This document shows, in pieces, positions 36,247-50,627 of a stretch of DNA of 64,000 bases. The notes beneath the pieces are model-generated. The model did no database searches, was not told the origin of the DNA, and saw only the letters and a program-made list of their open reading frames with translations. The stretch is from the human T2T-CHM13v2.0 reference genome, Homo sapiens. The stretch's first letter is position 1, and each line of letters starts with the position of its first letter. The position numbers and the translations under genes were made by a program. The stretch is taken from assembly GCF_009914755.1 (NCBI RefSeq), contig NC_060935.1; one strand, 5' to 3'.

Positions 36247-36544
36247 TTTTTTTTTTTTTTCTTTGAGACGGAGTCTCGCTCTTTCGCCCAGGCTGTACTG
36301 CAGTGGCTCTATCTCGGCTCACTGCAAGCTCCGCCTCCTGGGTTCATGCCATTCTCCTGCCTCAGCCTCCTGAGTAGCTGGGACTACAGGCGCCTGCCAC
36401 GGCGCCTGGCTAATTTTTTGTATTTTTAGTAGACACGGGATTTCACCATGTTAGCCAGGATAGTCTCGATCTCCTGACCTCATGATCCGCCCACCTCGGC
36501 CTCTCAAAGTGCTGGGATTACAGGCGTGAGCCACCGCACCCGGC
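36247..36544 (-). mobile_element. Alu (AluY-like)
   Basis: Antisense Alu; TSD AGAAT(G/A)GGGGGAATCT. Confidence 0.96.
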
Positions 36545-39500
36545 CTAGAATAGGGGGAATCTTATTTTCCACAATCCCCTAAGATAAGGAAGAGCCTTTT
36601 GGTGATAACACTGCTTAAAAGAGAAAAGAGTTTCTAGTTTTTGTTTTTCTTTTTTCCCCTTGAGATGACCTGAGTTTCTACCTTCTACATATGACAGGTG
36701 ACAGACCTGTGGCTGCAGATGGAATCTGGACTGGGGGTCCAGAGATCCTGTGATTCTAAGACTGAGCCTGCATGTCACCTAGCCCCTCACATGGTCCAGC
36801 CAGTTTTCCCATCTCCACCTGTAGATCCATTTCAACAACTGATTAGGTGCCTGAAGCATTTATATGTCTATAAATAATTTCTCCCTCCCCACTGCCTTCT
36901 CTTTTTGGGAATCTGTCAGTTTACTGGAGATGATAGCATCTTGTCCTGCAAATATGGGTCTTTGTGTTAGAGATGAGTTTCCTTAAAACCTCTATGAAGG
37001 AAATGGTTGAGAGTGCAAGAGAAAATTTGAAATGAAGCCAGAAGGATGTATATTTGTGCGGGGAGGAGGATGAAGAAAGACCAAAAATGTTATTTTCATT
37101 GTTTTACAGTCATTTCAGGTACGTTTTACTATTTCGTCTTAGTCAACAGCAGTGTTTATAATATAAAGCCATACTGAATAAAATATGCAGACTTCACTTA
37201 AATTTTCATACTTGAGTGACAACACAGCATTCAAGTTATCTGAGCTTTATTATTTTGATCATAGTACAGATTACTATACCCTTACTATGGTATAATATCT
37301 TTATTTATTGGTTCATATAAGTCTAAGATATGCAGTCTCACACATAAATGGTCATTTCCAACATTCATTCATTCATTCATTCACTCATTCAACAATGATT
37401 TACTGTGAAGGGCCAGGCTTGGTTTGCTAGGCACAAAGAATATAAGGTGAATAGGATATGTGTTCTCTTAGATTCATTAACATCATGCAGCTTCTCATTC
37501 TTCAGGTCTATAGGCCCTTACATGATTGGCTCTGCCCACTCTCTCACCTTTTTCCTTATCACTTTCCCCCTTTGTCTGTCTCTTACAGGTACACTTCAGG
37601 TTCCTTGAAGACACCAAGCTATTGTTACCCCAGGGCCTCTGCACCTGTGGTCTCCTCTTTTTAGAATGCTGTTCCCCAGGTCTCCTCTTCACTCAGGTCT
37701 TTGTTCAAATATCACCTCCTCAAAGACAATTCTATTTAAAGGCAGATCTCTTTCTCCATTCTTCCTCCCAGTCATCCCTCTTCCTACTTTATTTTTCTCC
37801 AAAGCACTGCTCACCACCTGAACAATTTTATCTTCTGTCTCCCCTGGTAGAGCTTGGGCAGGAAGTTCGTCTTTTTAGCAACGTATCCCTAGGGGCTAGA
37901 ACAACCTGGCATGTAACAGATGTTTATATGTATTCAGAGAATAAATGAATGAATGAACTGGTTCTTGATAGTTTAGGGTGCTTGATGAACCAGCTTTTCA
38001 GGAGGGCTCATTATGGTCCCTGGTAGATTCATAGCCCCTACTCCTAAGCCTCCCACTCCTCCTCCTATTGGGCTGTGTCTGTGAATGACATCCTTGGCCA
38101 TTCAGCCTCAAAGCCTTGCCATCACTTATTCTTCCCTCCTGTTAGTGCCTACATCCAATCAGTTACCAATTTTAGTGACACTGTGGCCTCTTGCATCAAC
38201 TCCTTTTTCTAACCATTCTTACAACCACCCCCAGTCCATACTCTCTTTATCTCTCACCTAAACCATTGTCATCATTTCCTACCTGGGCTTCTGGCCAGCA
38301 GGCTCTCCACATCCAATCTGTTCTCCAAGGGGTAGCCAGAGTGAGTTTCATCATGTTACGGTTTGATTATGTTTCTCCCCCACTCAAAAACTAAAGACTC
38401 CCAACTCCTTAGCTTGGCAGTCAATGTCCCCCCAATAACCTCCATCCCCTTACCCAACCTTCCTTCTCAAGTCCCTTCTTTTATTCTTTTTGCTCCAGTT
38501 GGAATGAACTGCTTTCCAGTTTCTGTATATATCCTAGAAGTCCCCATGCCTGTCCATCCTCTGCTCATGCTATTTCCACTCCTCGAAATAGTTTTCTTCC
38601 TTTCTTCTAACGTACAAATCATTCACCCAGTTTAAATGCTACTTGGCTTCTCCAAGAAGCCGTTACTGACCTGTGAGGAGAATAAAAGTCCTCTTTCAAC
38701 TGTTTTTAAGGAGTTATCCGCCTCTCTTTTAGGGCAAGTCTAGGGAAAGGACAGGCAATACGACACAGAACAAAGAGTTCAGAATCTGGAGTCAGATCAT
38801 CTGAGCTGGAGGCCTAGCTCTCTGGATCTGAGACTTTTGAGGTATGCACCCTTAGATAAGTGAAAATCCAAGCCTTAATTTCCCTATCTGCAAAATGAGG
38901 ATGATAACACTATTGTCACGGATGTCTTATGAGGAGTAAGTGACAGAGTATAGGAAGAGCTTTTGACACTACATACAAATTAATTATGAAATTCTATTAC
39001 GCTAACGTACAAAAGGTTGAATAAACAAAAGTGTTGATCCTCCCAGGGAGTTTTCACAGATGTTTTATGCTGGCTGAGCCTGAAGTCCAGGAATAGGTCA
39101 GGGGGAAAGGAATTTTTTGAGGGAGGAGGACTTTGAGGCCTTAAGAATCCCATGTCCTTGGATGATCTGAAGAAAGGAAGAAGTATAGGGTATATCCACA
39201 AAGCTGGAGTCCTAGTGGAATTACTAGCTACCAATTCCTGAGCATTTTCTATGTGTTAGGGACTGTACTAAGTACTCTACATACATCATTCTTGAGTCAG
39301 AAATTATTCCTTCATAAAGCAAAAGAAGCCCATAGCAGTTACATAAATACGTGCTCCCACCCCACCGCCAAATAGTTCATAACATCATCAATCCAATGAT
39401 GTTATTTTTTTGGATGGAGAAATTGAGACCCAAAAGGGTTATATACTGACACTGTACAGCCAGTGAGGAAGAGACTGGGACTGGAATCCAGATCCCTTCA

Positions 39501-39692
39501 CTCTCAAGGCAGAAATCCCTACATGGCAAAAACCCAGGGGCCACCATTCATTATGAAGTCTGTGTAAACTTCATAGCCAATGCCATCTACATGGACTACA
39601 CTGTCAGTGGCAGCCCCTGAAGTTCTGCCACTTGGCCACCCTGGCTCAGCTCCATGATGAGCTGCTCACCCCCCTCAAAAAGGAAGTTCTCG

Positions 39693-39993
39693 ACGGAACT
39701 GGAGACTATGATTCTAAGTGAAGTAACTCAGGAATGGAAAACCAAACATTGTATGTTCTCACTCATAAGTGAGAGCTAAGCTATGAGGATGCAAAGGCAT
39801 AAGAATGACACAATGGACTTTGGGGACTTGGGGGAAAGGTGGGAGGTGGATGAGGGATGAAAGACTACACATTGGGTTCAGTGTATACTCTGGGTGATGG
39901 GTGCACCAAATTCTCACAAATCACCGTTAAAGAACTTACTCACGAAACCAAATACCACCTGTTCCCCAAAAATCTATGGAAATAAAATAAAAA
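39693..39993 (+). mobile_element. 5'-truncated L1 3' end (about 300 bp)
   Basis: GGAATGGAAAACCAAACATTGTATGTTCTCACTCATAAGTG.. ending in an A-rich tail; TSD AAAAAGGAAGTTCT. Confidence 0.9.
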
Positions 39994-41059
39994 AAGGAAG
40001 TTCTTGAGACCAGAACCTCAGGTCCCTGGAGACTGAACACTGCCCTCCTTGCCAACTATTCCATCCAGTCTCCTCCAAGGTGACTGACTCCATCCCTTCA
40101 CCATCCGTCTATGCTTGTACTCCTTCAACACATCTCTCGGGGCACCCTCTCTGCACCAGGCATCAGGCTCAGCTCTGGGGACACCTGGCTGCCCTTGAGG
40201 GAGCCGCGTGCTGAGAAACCACCCGAACCTGGTGTGATTGTAACTCAAGCTTCCCCAGCAGCTTTGTCAGCAGCACCAAGAGGCTGCCCTTAACGAGCCC
40301 CAAGGAGAAAGAGGTGGGGACCTCCGCAAAGGGATGACTACAGGGGCCTGGTTGGAGTAGAAGATCTGGCCCTCAAGCGGGAGGGAAGGGTGACTGGGAG
40401 GGCATGCAGTCAGGACACAGTGGAGAAGAGGACGAATCCTGGGATGCCACATCACCTGGTCCAACTGAGGACACTCAGGCTCAGTGTGTCCTGGGTGGAT
40501 CAGGACTAACGCCTGGGAATCTGATCTCAGGTCCTGGGCTTCTTCATTCTCCCAAACGAATCCCAAACCCGGAGTGTTTGAGTGTTATGAGAGCTCTCCT
40601 TTGAGGTTGAAGGAAGCAAATTAAAGCCCCCTCTCCCCTTTTTTTGGTACCATAGGTAGGGAAGGTAGAAAATGAATGGCACCTGCCCCTCCAAGTGGGG
40701 CAGGGCTGGAATTACACACTTTCGTGGTACACTCAGGTGAATTTTGGGGTTCTGGGGCTTCAATGTGGGTGGGATCTAGTTGTGTAGGAGGGGAGCATGA
40801 GTATGAAAACCAGGAACCCTAGATTCTAATGAAAGCTTTACCACTAACTCTCTGGTGACCTTGGTCCGCCACCTTACTGGGCCTCAGTTTCCCCATCTGT
40901 AAAATGAGAAGGTTGAATAAGTTCCCAGGATTCGTCTGGCCCTGATCTTCTAAGCCCTGTGATCCTTGATAAGGTAAGCCTCCCAAGGCTCTGACCCGGG
41001 CAATCTCCGGTTTTGCAGGAGCCTGGGCCTCAACCAGAAACAAGCAGCATGCTGGGGGA

Positions 41060-42800
41060 GGGGAGCGCGCTAAGCTTGTATTCTAGGGGAGGGTGGGACG
41101 CGGGAGGCTAAAGCTAAAGGGTCGGTGGAGGCGAAGCAATGGGAAGGCTGGGAGCCGCGCTTTAGAGGCCAGAAGGCTAGCGGCGATTTCCAATCTCCCT
41201 CAGGGGCTTCAGGCTCCGGAGAGGCGATGCAGCCCAGAGCCGCGCACCAGCCTCCGCCGGCCGCAGAGGCTCAGACCCCAAACCACTATCCCGATTCCTC
41301 CCCGGAACCGCGCACGGGCTTCGTGGGGAGTGGCTGCCGCTCCCTCCCGGCTACCAAGCGCCAAGCCCCCTCCTCTGCATGGGGGACCCCTCCCCCAGCA
41401 TGCGGGCGCCCAGAGCCCCACGGGGGCGTGGCGGGGGCGGGCGCCGGCTCCTCGGCCGGGAGGGCTGGAGAAGGTGTCAGTTGCGGGGCCGCCCGAAGGA
41501 GGGACCCGCGCCCTCCACCTTCCGGCTCCGCACACAAAGGCGCAGACGGAGGCGCCGCACTTACCGGCCAGAGCGGGCTCCGGGCGCCGGCGAGCAGGCG
41601 GGCAGGCTGGCGGGAGGATGCGCGCGCGAGTGTGCGTGTGTCTGCGTGTGTCCCTGCTTGTGTCTGTGCCAGTGTGTATGCGACGGGGGCCGCGCCGAGC
41701 TCTGTGCGTCTGCGTGTGCGGGGGCGTCCGTCCTTCGGTGCCTCCGTCCTTCGGTCCGTCCGCCTGGCGCTCCGTCCCGCGCTCCGTGCGCGCTCCCTCG
41801 CCCGACCGCCTCACCAAATGCGCTTCAGCTGCAGAGTCGCTGGCGCAGCCGCCGGGTGGGTTTGGCACCCCCCAGCCCCGGCTCCGCCCCGCCCCCGGGC
41901 GGGCTTCCGCCGCTCGCCGGGAATTGCGCAGGGCTGGCGGGGCGGGGGACCGGGAGAGCGGCCTGCTCCCGGGGCACGAAGGGGGCCGGATCACAGACCC
42001 TTAACCCCTGACCTCATCTCAGGTGCCTCCCTCTCCCGAGCAACTCTGCGCGGAGTCTCCGCAGTCGTCGCCCCCATGCCAAGGTTGCTTGGACAAGGAG
42101 GGCGGAGGAGTGGGAGCAGCGCATCCATTTCATTCATGATTTTTTCTCCTCTTGGGAGCCCCGGGTCGGGCCGCGCGGCTACGGCAACTGCCAGAGGGAC
42201 CCCGGCAGGGCCGTGCGCGCTGAACCTGGGACGGGACAGACAGGCAGACAGAAGGAGTAGGGGCCAGCGAGACAAAGGGGGCAGAGTTGGGGGAGGGAGT
42301 CGGCTCATTGGGGGCATGCCGTGGCGCTCCCCGCATGTTGCCAACACCTGCGCAAGTGGAGCGGCCCCATACTAGGGCGCATGCAATACCAGGTGCCGAG
42401 GACTCGTTCTAGGACGCTGAGGAGGCGTCCTTTTTCCCAGTTCTCCCTGTTCAGCCTCTGGGGAGCTAGAGCGAGTGGACAGCCCCTCCCTCCACTGAGT
42501 CTTGCCCTCCTGACGTGCGGCGCGGGGCACGCACCTGTTTTGGTTTTCTCGTGGGCACCAGGGGCCCGGACGAGCAGGGAGCTGCCCATGTGCCCCACAA
42601 TCCTGCCACAATCTTCCGTATTCTCCAGGCTGCTAGTGCGCTGGCCAGAGGTTTCCGGCATTCCATCCCCATGGGGGCTTGAGGCTGTGGGCTGCACACA
42701 GGGCAGGGATCCTAAACTCCATTTTTTACACGGGGAATCAGAGGCGAGCCACCACGTAGCTACCACCCTGGTTCCAGCCACCATCCACCCCCGCCCCCCG
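41060..42800. promoter_or_regulatory. PTPN5: CpG island / PTPN5 promoter
   Basis: Very high GC and CpG density against a CpG-depleted background. GC boxes (CCGCCCC near 41884, GGGGCGGGG near 41939) and EGR-type GCGGGGGCG at 41431 and 41718. No obvious TATA box. Confidence 0.93.
41565..41860 (-). other. PTPN5: PTPN5 non-coding exon 1 (5' UTR); the 5' end/TSS is approximate
   Basis: Consensus donor CCG|GTAAGT (plus strand acttac 41559-41564) inside a CpG island, downstream of GC boxes. No ATG on the minus strand between 41565 and 41860. Lies upstream of the recognised PTPN5 coding exons on the same strand. Confidence 0.85.
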
Positions 42801-43025
42801 GGATTTCCATTATAGTCTCTTTACTGGTCTCCCAGCTTCCACCCTTGGCCCCCTGCAGCTGATTCTCTACACAGCAGTCAAGGCGATCCTTTAAAATTTA
42901 AGTCAGAGCACGTCGTTCCTTTACTGGAAATCCTACACTAGCACTCCATTTCATCCAAGGGAAAGTTAAAGGCCCCTCATGACCTGCAAAGCCCTTCAGG
43001 AACTGGCTCCTTTTTAGCTCTTTAA

Positions 43026-43502
<477 letters not shown>

Positions 43503-46500
43503 TCAATGTGTCGCTTCTAAGATAATTGCTGTAACTATCCTGTTTAAAGTTGCTGGCCCTCCCTCCTCATTTTCTCCATGCAGCTATGACTTTTATTTCT
43601 GTTCCCTGCCCCTGAGGCTCACTGGCTTCATTGCCAGCTCCCATCTCAATCCCCTCCCATCCCAATCCTTCAGCCTCACCTCACTAATCTGTTTTTTAAA
43701 CAAACCCTGTGTTTTCCTGTCTCTAGGCCTTTGTTCACGTTGTCCCTGTTCAGTCTGGAATGCCATCCCTCCCATGTCTTGACTAATTTTTAAGGTCCAG
43801 CTTAAATACCACCTCCTTCTCCCCACATTTCCAGGGACACTCAGCTCTCATTACTTTCTGCCTGCTGTGATAGTGGTTCCTTCTCTTTTTCCCCAGGTGC
43901 ACTATGAACTCCTGGAAAGTAGGGCGGGGTGTCTTCCCTTTCCCCAGTTCCCAGCACAGAAGGGCCCATCAGCACATGTTTGTGGATCAACGGCACTGAT
44001 TGGGAGGCCCTAGGCTGGGCCTCAATTGGTCTTTTTTTTTTTTTTTTCCCCTAGGAAAAGACCTAGAGACCTAGACCCAATTAGGTCCCTGTGTTGCCCT
44101 CAAGGAGTTTCCTGTGGGGTGGGGGAGGATTATATATTGGGTAAAAAGGCCATACTGCTTGGGTTGTGTGGAAGTGTGAGTAGACATTTCAGCCTGTACG
44201 CCAGGACCTGCTCCCTACCCCCCGAGAGCATCATCACCATGGTTCGGCATGAGGCTGATTTCTCCAGGCTGCATCAGTTGAACAATAGCAGCTACTATAC
44301 ATGGGCACTTTAGTATGTGCCAGGTAGTGTTTTGTGTTTTCTCAAGGCACTGCTCTATTGAATCTTCATGACATCTGTGGGAGGTAGGCCTTTTGACATC
44401 CCCAATTTCAGTAGAGGAAGCAGAAGGAATAAGTGAGTTACTTAAGGTCACTTAAGAGGTGTGTGTTTCAAATTCAGATCTAGCCAGTTCCATAGCACGT
44501 GGTCACAGAAGCAGGGATGCCTTAACATGAAAGCCCTTTGGGCTGATGGAAGGAAGGGGAGAAAGTAGGGCTTAGAGAGCTTCAGTGGCATCAGCCTGGC
44601 CCAGATTCTTGATGTCCCCAGCTCAGGGGTCACAGAGTCATGGTACTCCAGGTGCACTGGGGCCTCACAGGTTCCTGTCAGTGCTGCCTCTGATGTCCTG
44701 TGGTGGAGGCTAATGGCTGCCCTTGTAAAGGCAACTTCGGAAAGCTAGCGGTGCCTCGCAAACATTCCTAGCTGTGTGCTCTGGGTTCAAAGCCCAGCCC
44801 CAGCTGTCACATGTGGATAATAATGCCCATCTTAAAGGGCTATGGGAAGGAAGAAGTATGACAATACCTCTAGAAAGTAGTAAGGCAACAGCAACAACAA
44901 AGATCTTTCTCCTTTTGTTTCTTGTATTGAGTTTCTGTCAGATAGGGATATACCTAAACTAGTCTCCTCACCCTGTTTCCACCCTATACACCCTCTTATT
45001 GAAGAGTGTTACCCCAGGGTGCAGTTCAGGAAGGAAATCTAGCATTTTCTGAGGGCTTTAAAAATAAGCTATCCACGTTGCTTCCCTGCATTCTCTCGTT
45101 TGATCTGCCAAAACACCTTAGGAGGGACTGCTATTACCAAGGAGGAATAGGAGGCACAGAAAGGTCCAGGGGCTTTCCCAAGGCCACAGAGCTCACTAAA
45201 CGAGATTCTAGCTTATGTCTGACTCTGTTCACTTAACCAGCACCCTGCCAACACACGGAAAGTGACTGCTTTGATTTCCTTTCTCTTCTCTGATGAGGAA
45301 GAGTCCTGTGAGGCCCATGGCAATGAAATAGTTGTGAGGTTGTGACGACTTAGGAGTCTTCTTGAGCCGTTTTGTGTAACTCATTTACCCTTTCATGATA
45401 GAGGGAAGAAGAGGGATTTAAGAAAGAGGAGATGGGGAGAAAAAGATGGTCTGAGAAACCAGAGAGTGTTTTACTGGTGGTTCTTGGTGGACTGTTAGAG
45501 ATTAGAGTCCATCTTTCTTGCTTTTGGCCCACTTGCAATTCACTGTCTTGGTAATGAAATGCTTTGCTTCAGTGAAAATGTCCCCCTATCCAGATTTTTA
45601 TTTATGTATTTATTTACTTACTTATAACTTACCCCAATCCACAAAGGATTTGAAGTAGCTTACCAAAGGAGCAGGATCCATAAAACAATGTTAAAATATC
45701 AATGAGGATAAAGAATCAGGACCAAAGAAAATGTAAATAAACGTTGAGTGACATGACCAAAGCTCAATAATCACAGCTGTTTTTTTATTGAGTTTATTCT
45801 TGTGTGCAAAGGAATTTGTGTACATTATTTCATTTAATCCTTAAAAGAGCCATGTGAGGTAAGTACTATTATTATCTTCATTTTGAAGCATAGGGAGGCA
45901 TTTCTCTCAGGTTGGGAGAAATGAAATATGATGCCCTAAGTCACGTAGCTGGTAAGTGGTAGAGGCAGTATTTGAATCCAGGTTGACAGTGGAACCGATA
46001 CCCTTAACCACTGTCCTATCCTGCCTCTCGAGGACAAAAGATTACAAACGTACAGACCACAGGGGCCTCTAGAGTACTGTGCTTGAACCTCAAATTTGGT
46101 TCTGATCATTTGGGATGCCAAAAAGAAACAATCTGTTACATAGAACTAATGCCTTTATATCCTTCAAGTTTTTGCTCCACTGTCATTTTCTCATTGAGGC
46201 CTCCCCTGACCTCTCTACCTAATACGTCAGAGCCTGCCTTCTCCCGTTCCCTTCAGGAGTCCCAATCTCTCCTTTTCTTTTATAATGACACATTTTACCT
46301 TCTAATGTACTGGATAATTTCTTTATAAACTATGTTATAATATCTATCTCATATTTTATATATTTCTTATGACATATATTCTATATTAATAAATTTATTT
46401 ACGAGCTATAGATTAGGTAGTTTATCTATTTTGTATGTTCACCCTTTAATATCTGTTAAATATCTGTTTTTTTCCCACTGGAATACAAGGTCCACAGGGC

Positions 46501-46635
46501 ATCTGCATCCGTTAGGCTCATTGATATATCTTAAGTGTCCAGGACAATGCCTGGTACATAGTAGGTACTCAATAAATTTTTGTTGAATGCTGAAATAAGT
46601 ATCTCAGAGGGGAAGAAACAGACTAGTATATCTGA

Positions 46636-47024
<389 letters not shown>

Positions 47025-47520
47025 CCTTTTCTCCTTTTTCCCTATTCACTTCCATAAAAAATGTGAGGTAGTTCTAGCACTTAGCTCTAAGAGCAAGTCT
47101 TCAGGAGGTTTTCCTGATGTTAGACCTTTAGGATTTATGCAGCCAGGGACCTTAGTCTCATCGTTAGAGTAAATGAGCAAATGGGAATTCATGAACCTAA
47201 TTGTGGTGGAATCTCTCAGCAAAAGCTGGATATTATCCCCTTACCTAAATCAGCAAAGGTAATCCTTTTAGGGGTATAGGAATAGTGCCCAAGTGCCGTA
47301 TCTCAAGGATTTGGGATTTCGAGCAGATGCTATTATGATGGAGATGGGAAAATAAAGAACAGAGCTTTTTTTGTGAAATGATTGATTTAAAGAGAGACGA
47401 CATCCTGGTGCTCCTAAGAGCTCATCTCCAGGGTTTATTTCCTGGCTGCAAGCCTGAAGAGTAAAAAGCCAAGGACATCAGCGAGGTTTCTCAGAGAACC
47501 TTAGCTGAGACCATTTGCTG

Positions 47521-47545
47521 GTGTTTGTGTGTGTGTGTGTGTGTG
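47521..47545. repeat. (TG)n microsatellite
   Basis: gtgtttgtgtgtgtgtgtgtgtgtg. Confidence 0.9.
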
Positions 47546-48208
47546 TTGGTTGCGGTGTGGTGTGATCTTCCTGTAGGGGCTGGCCACAGAGCTGGGACAA
47601 GCCCCTGGGGGCTACAGATACCAGTCTGTCAGCTCAGGGTGAAGGGCAAGGTCACCTGGCTGCTGATCCCAGGAAGAAACATCAGAAACACTTGGTCAGG
47701 AGGAGTGAGCATCACAGCTTTGTTTCCTCCATGGTCATGGTTCTGAACCCTTGCAGAGCAAATTATTTAACAAATATTTTATTGAGGGCCTACTCTGAGC
47801 CAGCTACTGTTTCAAAAACTGGATATGTAGTAGAGAAAAAGACAATCAGCTTCCCTGCTATCATGGAACTCGCATTCTGGTGGGGACACGCTGACAATAA
47901 GCCAGGTTAAAATAACAGATAAGAGGATAATTTCAGACAATGAAAGGCACAATGAAGAAAAAGAAAAGAAGGTGAGTGATGGAGAGCCGCCATTTTCAAC
48001 TGGGTGTTTGGAGAAGGTTTTTTGGAGGAGATACCATTTGAAGAGAGACTTGAGTTGCAAGAAGGAATGAGCCACTCAGAGTAGGGCAAGGATTTCCTGG
48101 GCAGAACGTTCTCTTCTAGGCACAGCAGGAGAACAGAGTGAAAGATTGGGTAGGAGAGGAGCCCAGAGCATCCCAGCTGTATCTCAGAAACATCTCAGTG
48201 AACTACTA

Positions 48209-48777
<569 letters not shown>

Positions 48778-49874
48778 TCAGGGATCTCTGGCAACAGGCC
48801 ACAGAAATGATCATTGGCTGATTTAGGTGAAGGGGAGTTTACTGGAAGGCTGTAAGGAGGCTCATGAATGGAAATGGAGGCTGAAGAACCAGGCTTGGAA
48901 AGGTGGATGTCGGGAAGCTCCAGAAGTTTGCAGGGTTAGGAACATCTCCACAGTCACATCCAGATGTCACCACAAGGAAGTATGAGTAACTAACTTTTCT
49001 TCTTCCTTCCTAATTCCTCAGAATTTTGGCTGAGTTCCAATTGTGGCCTCACCCCACTGGCTAGAGGAGGGCACATCCTAGTTGATGTCATATCAAAACT
49101 TCATCCAAGTCTTCATCCAAAAGGAAATCAGGAGGCTGTTACCAAAAAAGCAGCCCCAAAGGAGCAAATGTGCACTACACCTGGCACCTCAGAGGGTTGA
49201 AAGGATCAGTCATCACTGTCATCATCATTACAAATAAACACACACTTATTTGTTTAGTAACTACTTACTATATGCCAGGTACTGTTCAAAGCATGTACAT
49301 ATATTGACTCATTTAATTCTTCCTTTATGACAATGAGGCAGATACTGAGGTAGGTACTGAGTCAGGAAACTGAAGCACAGAGAGGGTATGTAGCAACTAA
49401 TGTTTAATTCTGTTTCTACAGGTTCTAAAGCTCATAACACCTCTTGTCTAAGTTGCTCCTTACAACGGCCTGTAAGGATACGCATTATACTTTAAGAGGT
49501 ATAATGAGCTTTATCTACCTGTAAATATTACGGGTAGAGAAAGTAAGCATGCACATTCCAGGGTCACATACCTAGTAAATGGTAGAGTCCTTAGATTCGT
49601 AGATTCACTCACTTATTCATTCATTCATTTGTCAAATGGCATGTGGCTTTCAGGGGCCAGATACTGTGCTAGGTTTTGGCAACTCGCTGGTGAATAAGCT
49701 ATATTTCTTCTCTCCAGAAGTTCACCAACTCCAGGGGAGTGGCAAGAGAAAAGGCTAGAGTGTGAGCAAAGGCCAGAAAAAACCAAGGGTTCATACTAAG
49801 GAGTCTGGATTTCATCTCAAGGGCAACCACAGAAAGATAGTAAGCTGGAAACTTGTGTTTTGTAAAGGCAGCTC

Positions 49875-50627
49875 TTTGCCCAGACCAATGTCCAGAAAAG
49901 AGAGTTTTCCTAGGTTTTCTGTGAGTATTTTAATAGTTTCAGGTCTTACATTTAAGTCTTTAATTCTTTTTTTAAGAGACAGGGTCTCACTCTGTCACTC
50001 AGGCTGGAGTGCAGTGGCAATCATAGCTCACTGCAGTCTCAGACTCCTGAGCTCAAGCAATCCTCCTGTCTCAGCCTCCCAAGTATCTAGGATGCAGGTG
50101 TGCACCACCATACCCAGCTAATTTTTATTTGATTTGATTTTTTTGTAGAGATGGGGTCTTGCTATGTTGTTCAGGCTGGTCTTGAACTCCTGGCCTCAAG
50201 CGATCCTGTTGCCTTAGCCTCCCAAAGCACTGGGATTACAGGTTTTAATCCATTTTGAGTTAATGTTTAAATATGGTGAGAGATAGGGGTCCACTTTAAT
50301 TATTTTGCAGCCAAATGGATAGAACTGGATGGGGGCCATTATCTTAAGTGAAACAATTCAGAAACAGAAAGACAAATACCACATGTTCTCATTTATAAGT
50401 GGGAGCTAAATAATGTGTACTTATGGACGTAGAGTGTGGAGTGATAGACACTGGAGACTTGGAAGGGTGAAGGGGGTGGGAGAAGGTGGAGGATGTGAAA
50501 TTACTTAATGAGCAGAATGTACATTATTCGGGCGATGGATACTCTAGAAGCCCAGACTTCACTGCCACTATGACATAGAGCCATGTAACAAAATTGCCCT
50601 TGCACCCCTTACATTTATACAAATAAA
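49875..50627. mobile_element. L1MA-like insertion with an internal inversion and a nested AluJ (49967-50242), inside an L2
   Basis: Antisense L1 ORF2-like sequence at about 49875-50308 abuts a sense L1 3' end at about 50310-50627. L2-like sequence flanks it. Confidence 0.75.

Noticed and set aside
41093-42815. Long overlapping ORFs (303, 416, 261, 210 and 164 aa) on both strands
   Set aside because: Stop-codon depletion in a GC-rich CpG island. The products are low-complexity Arg/Pro/Gly/Ala sequences with no recognisable domain.
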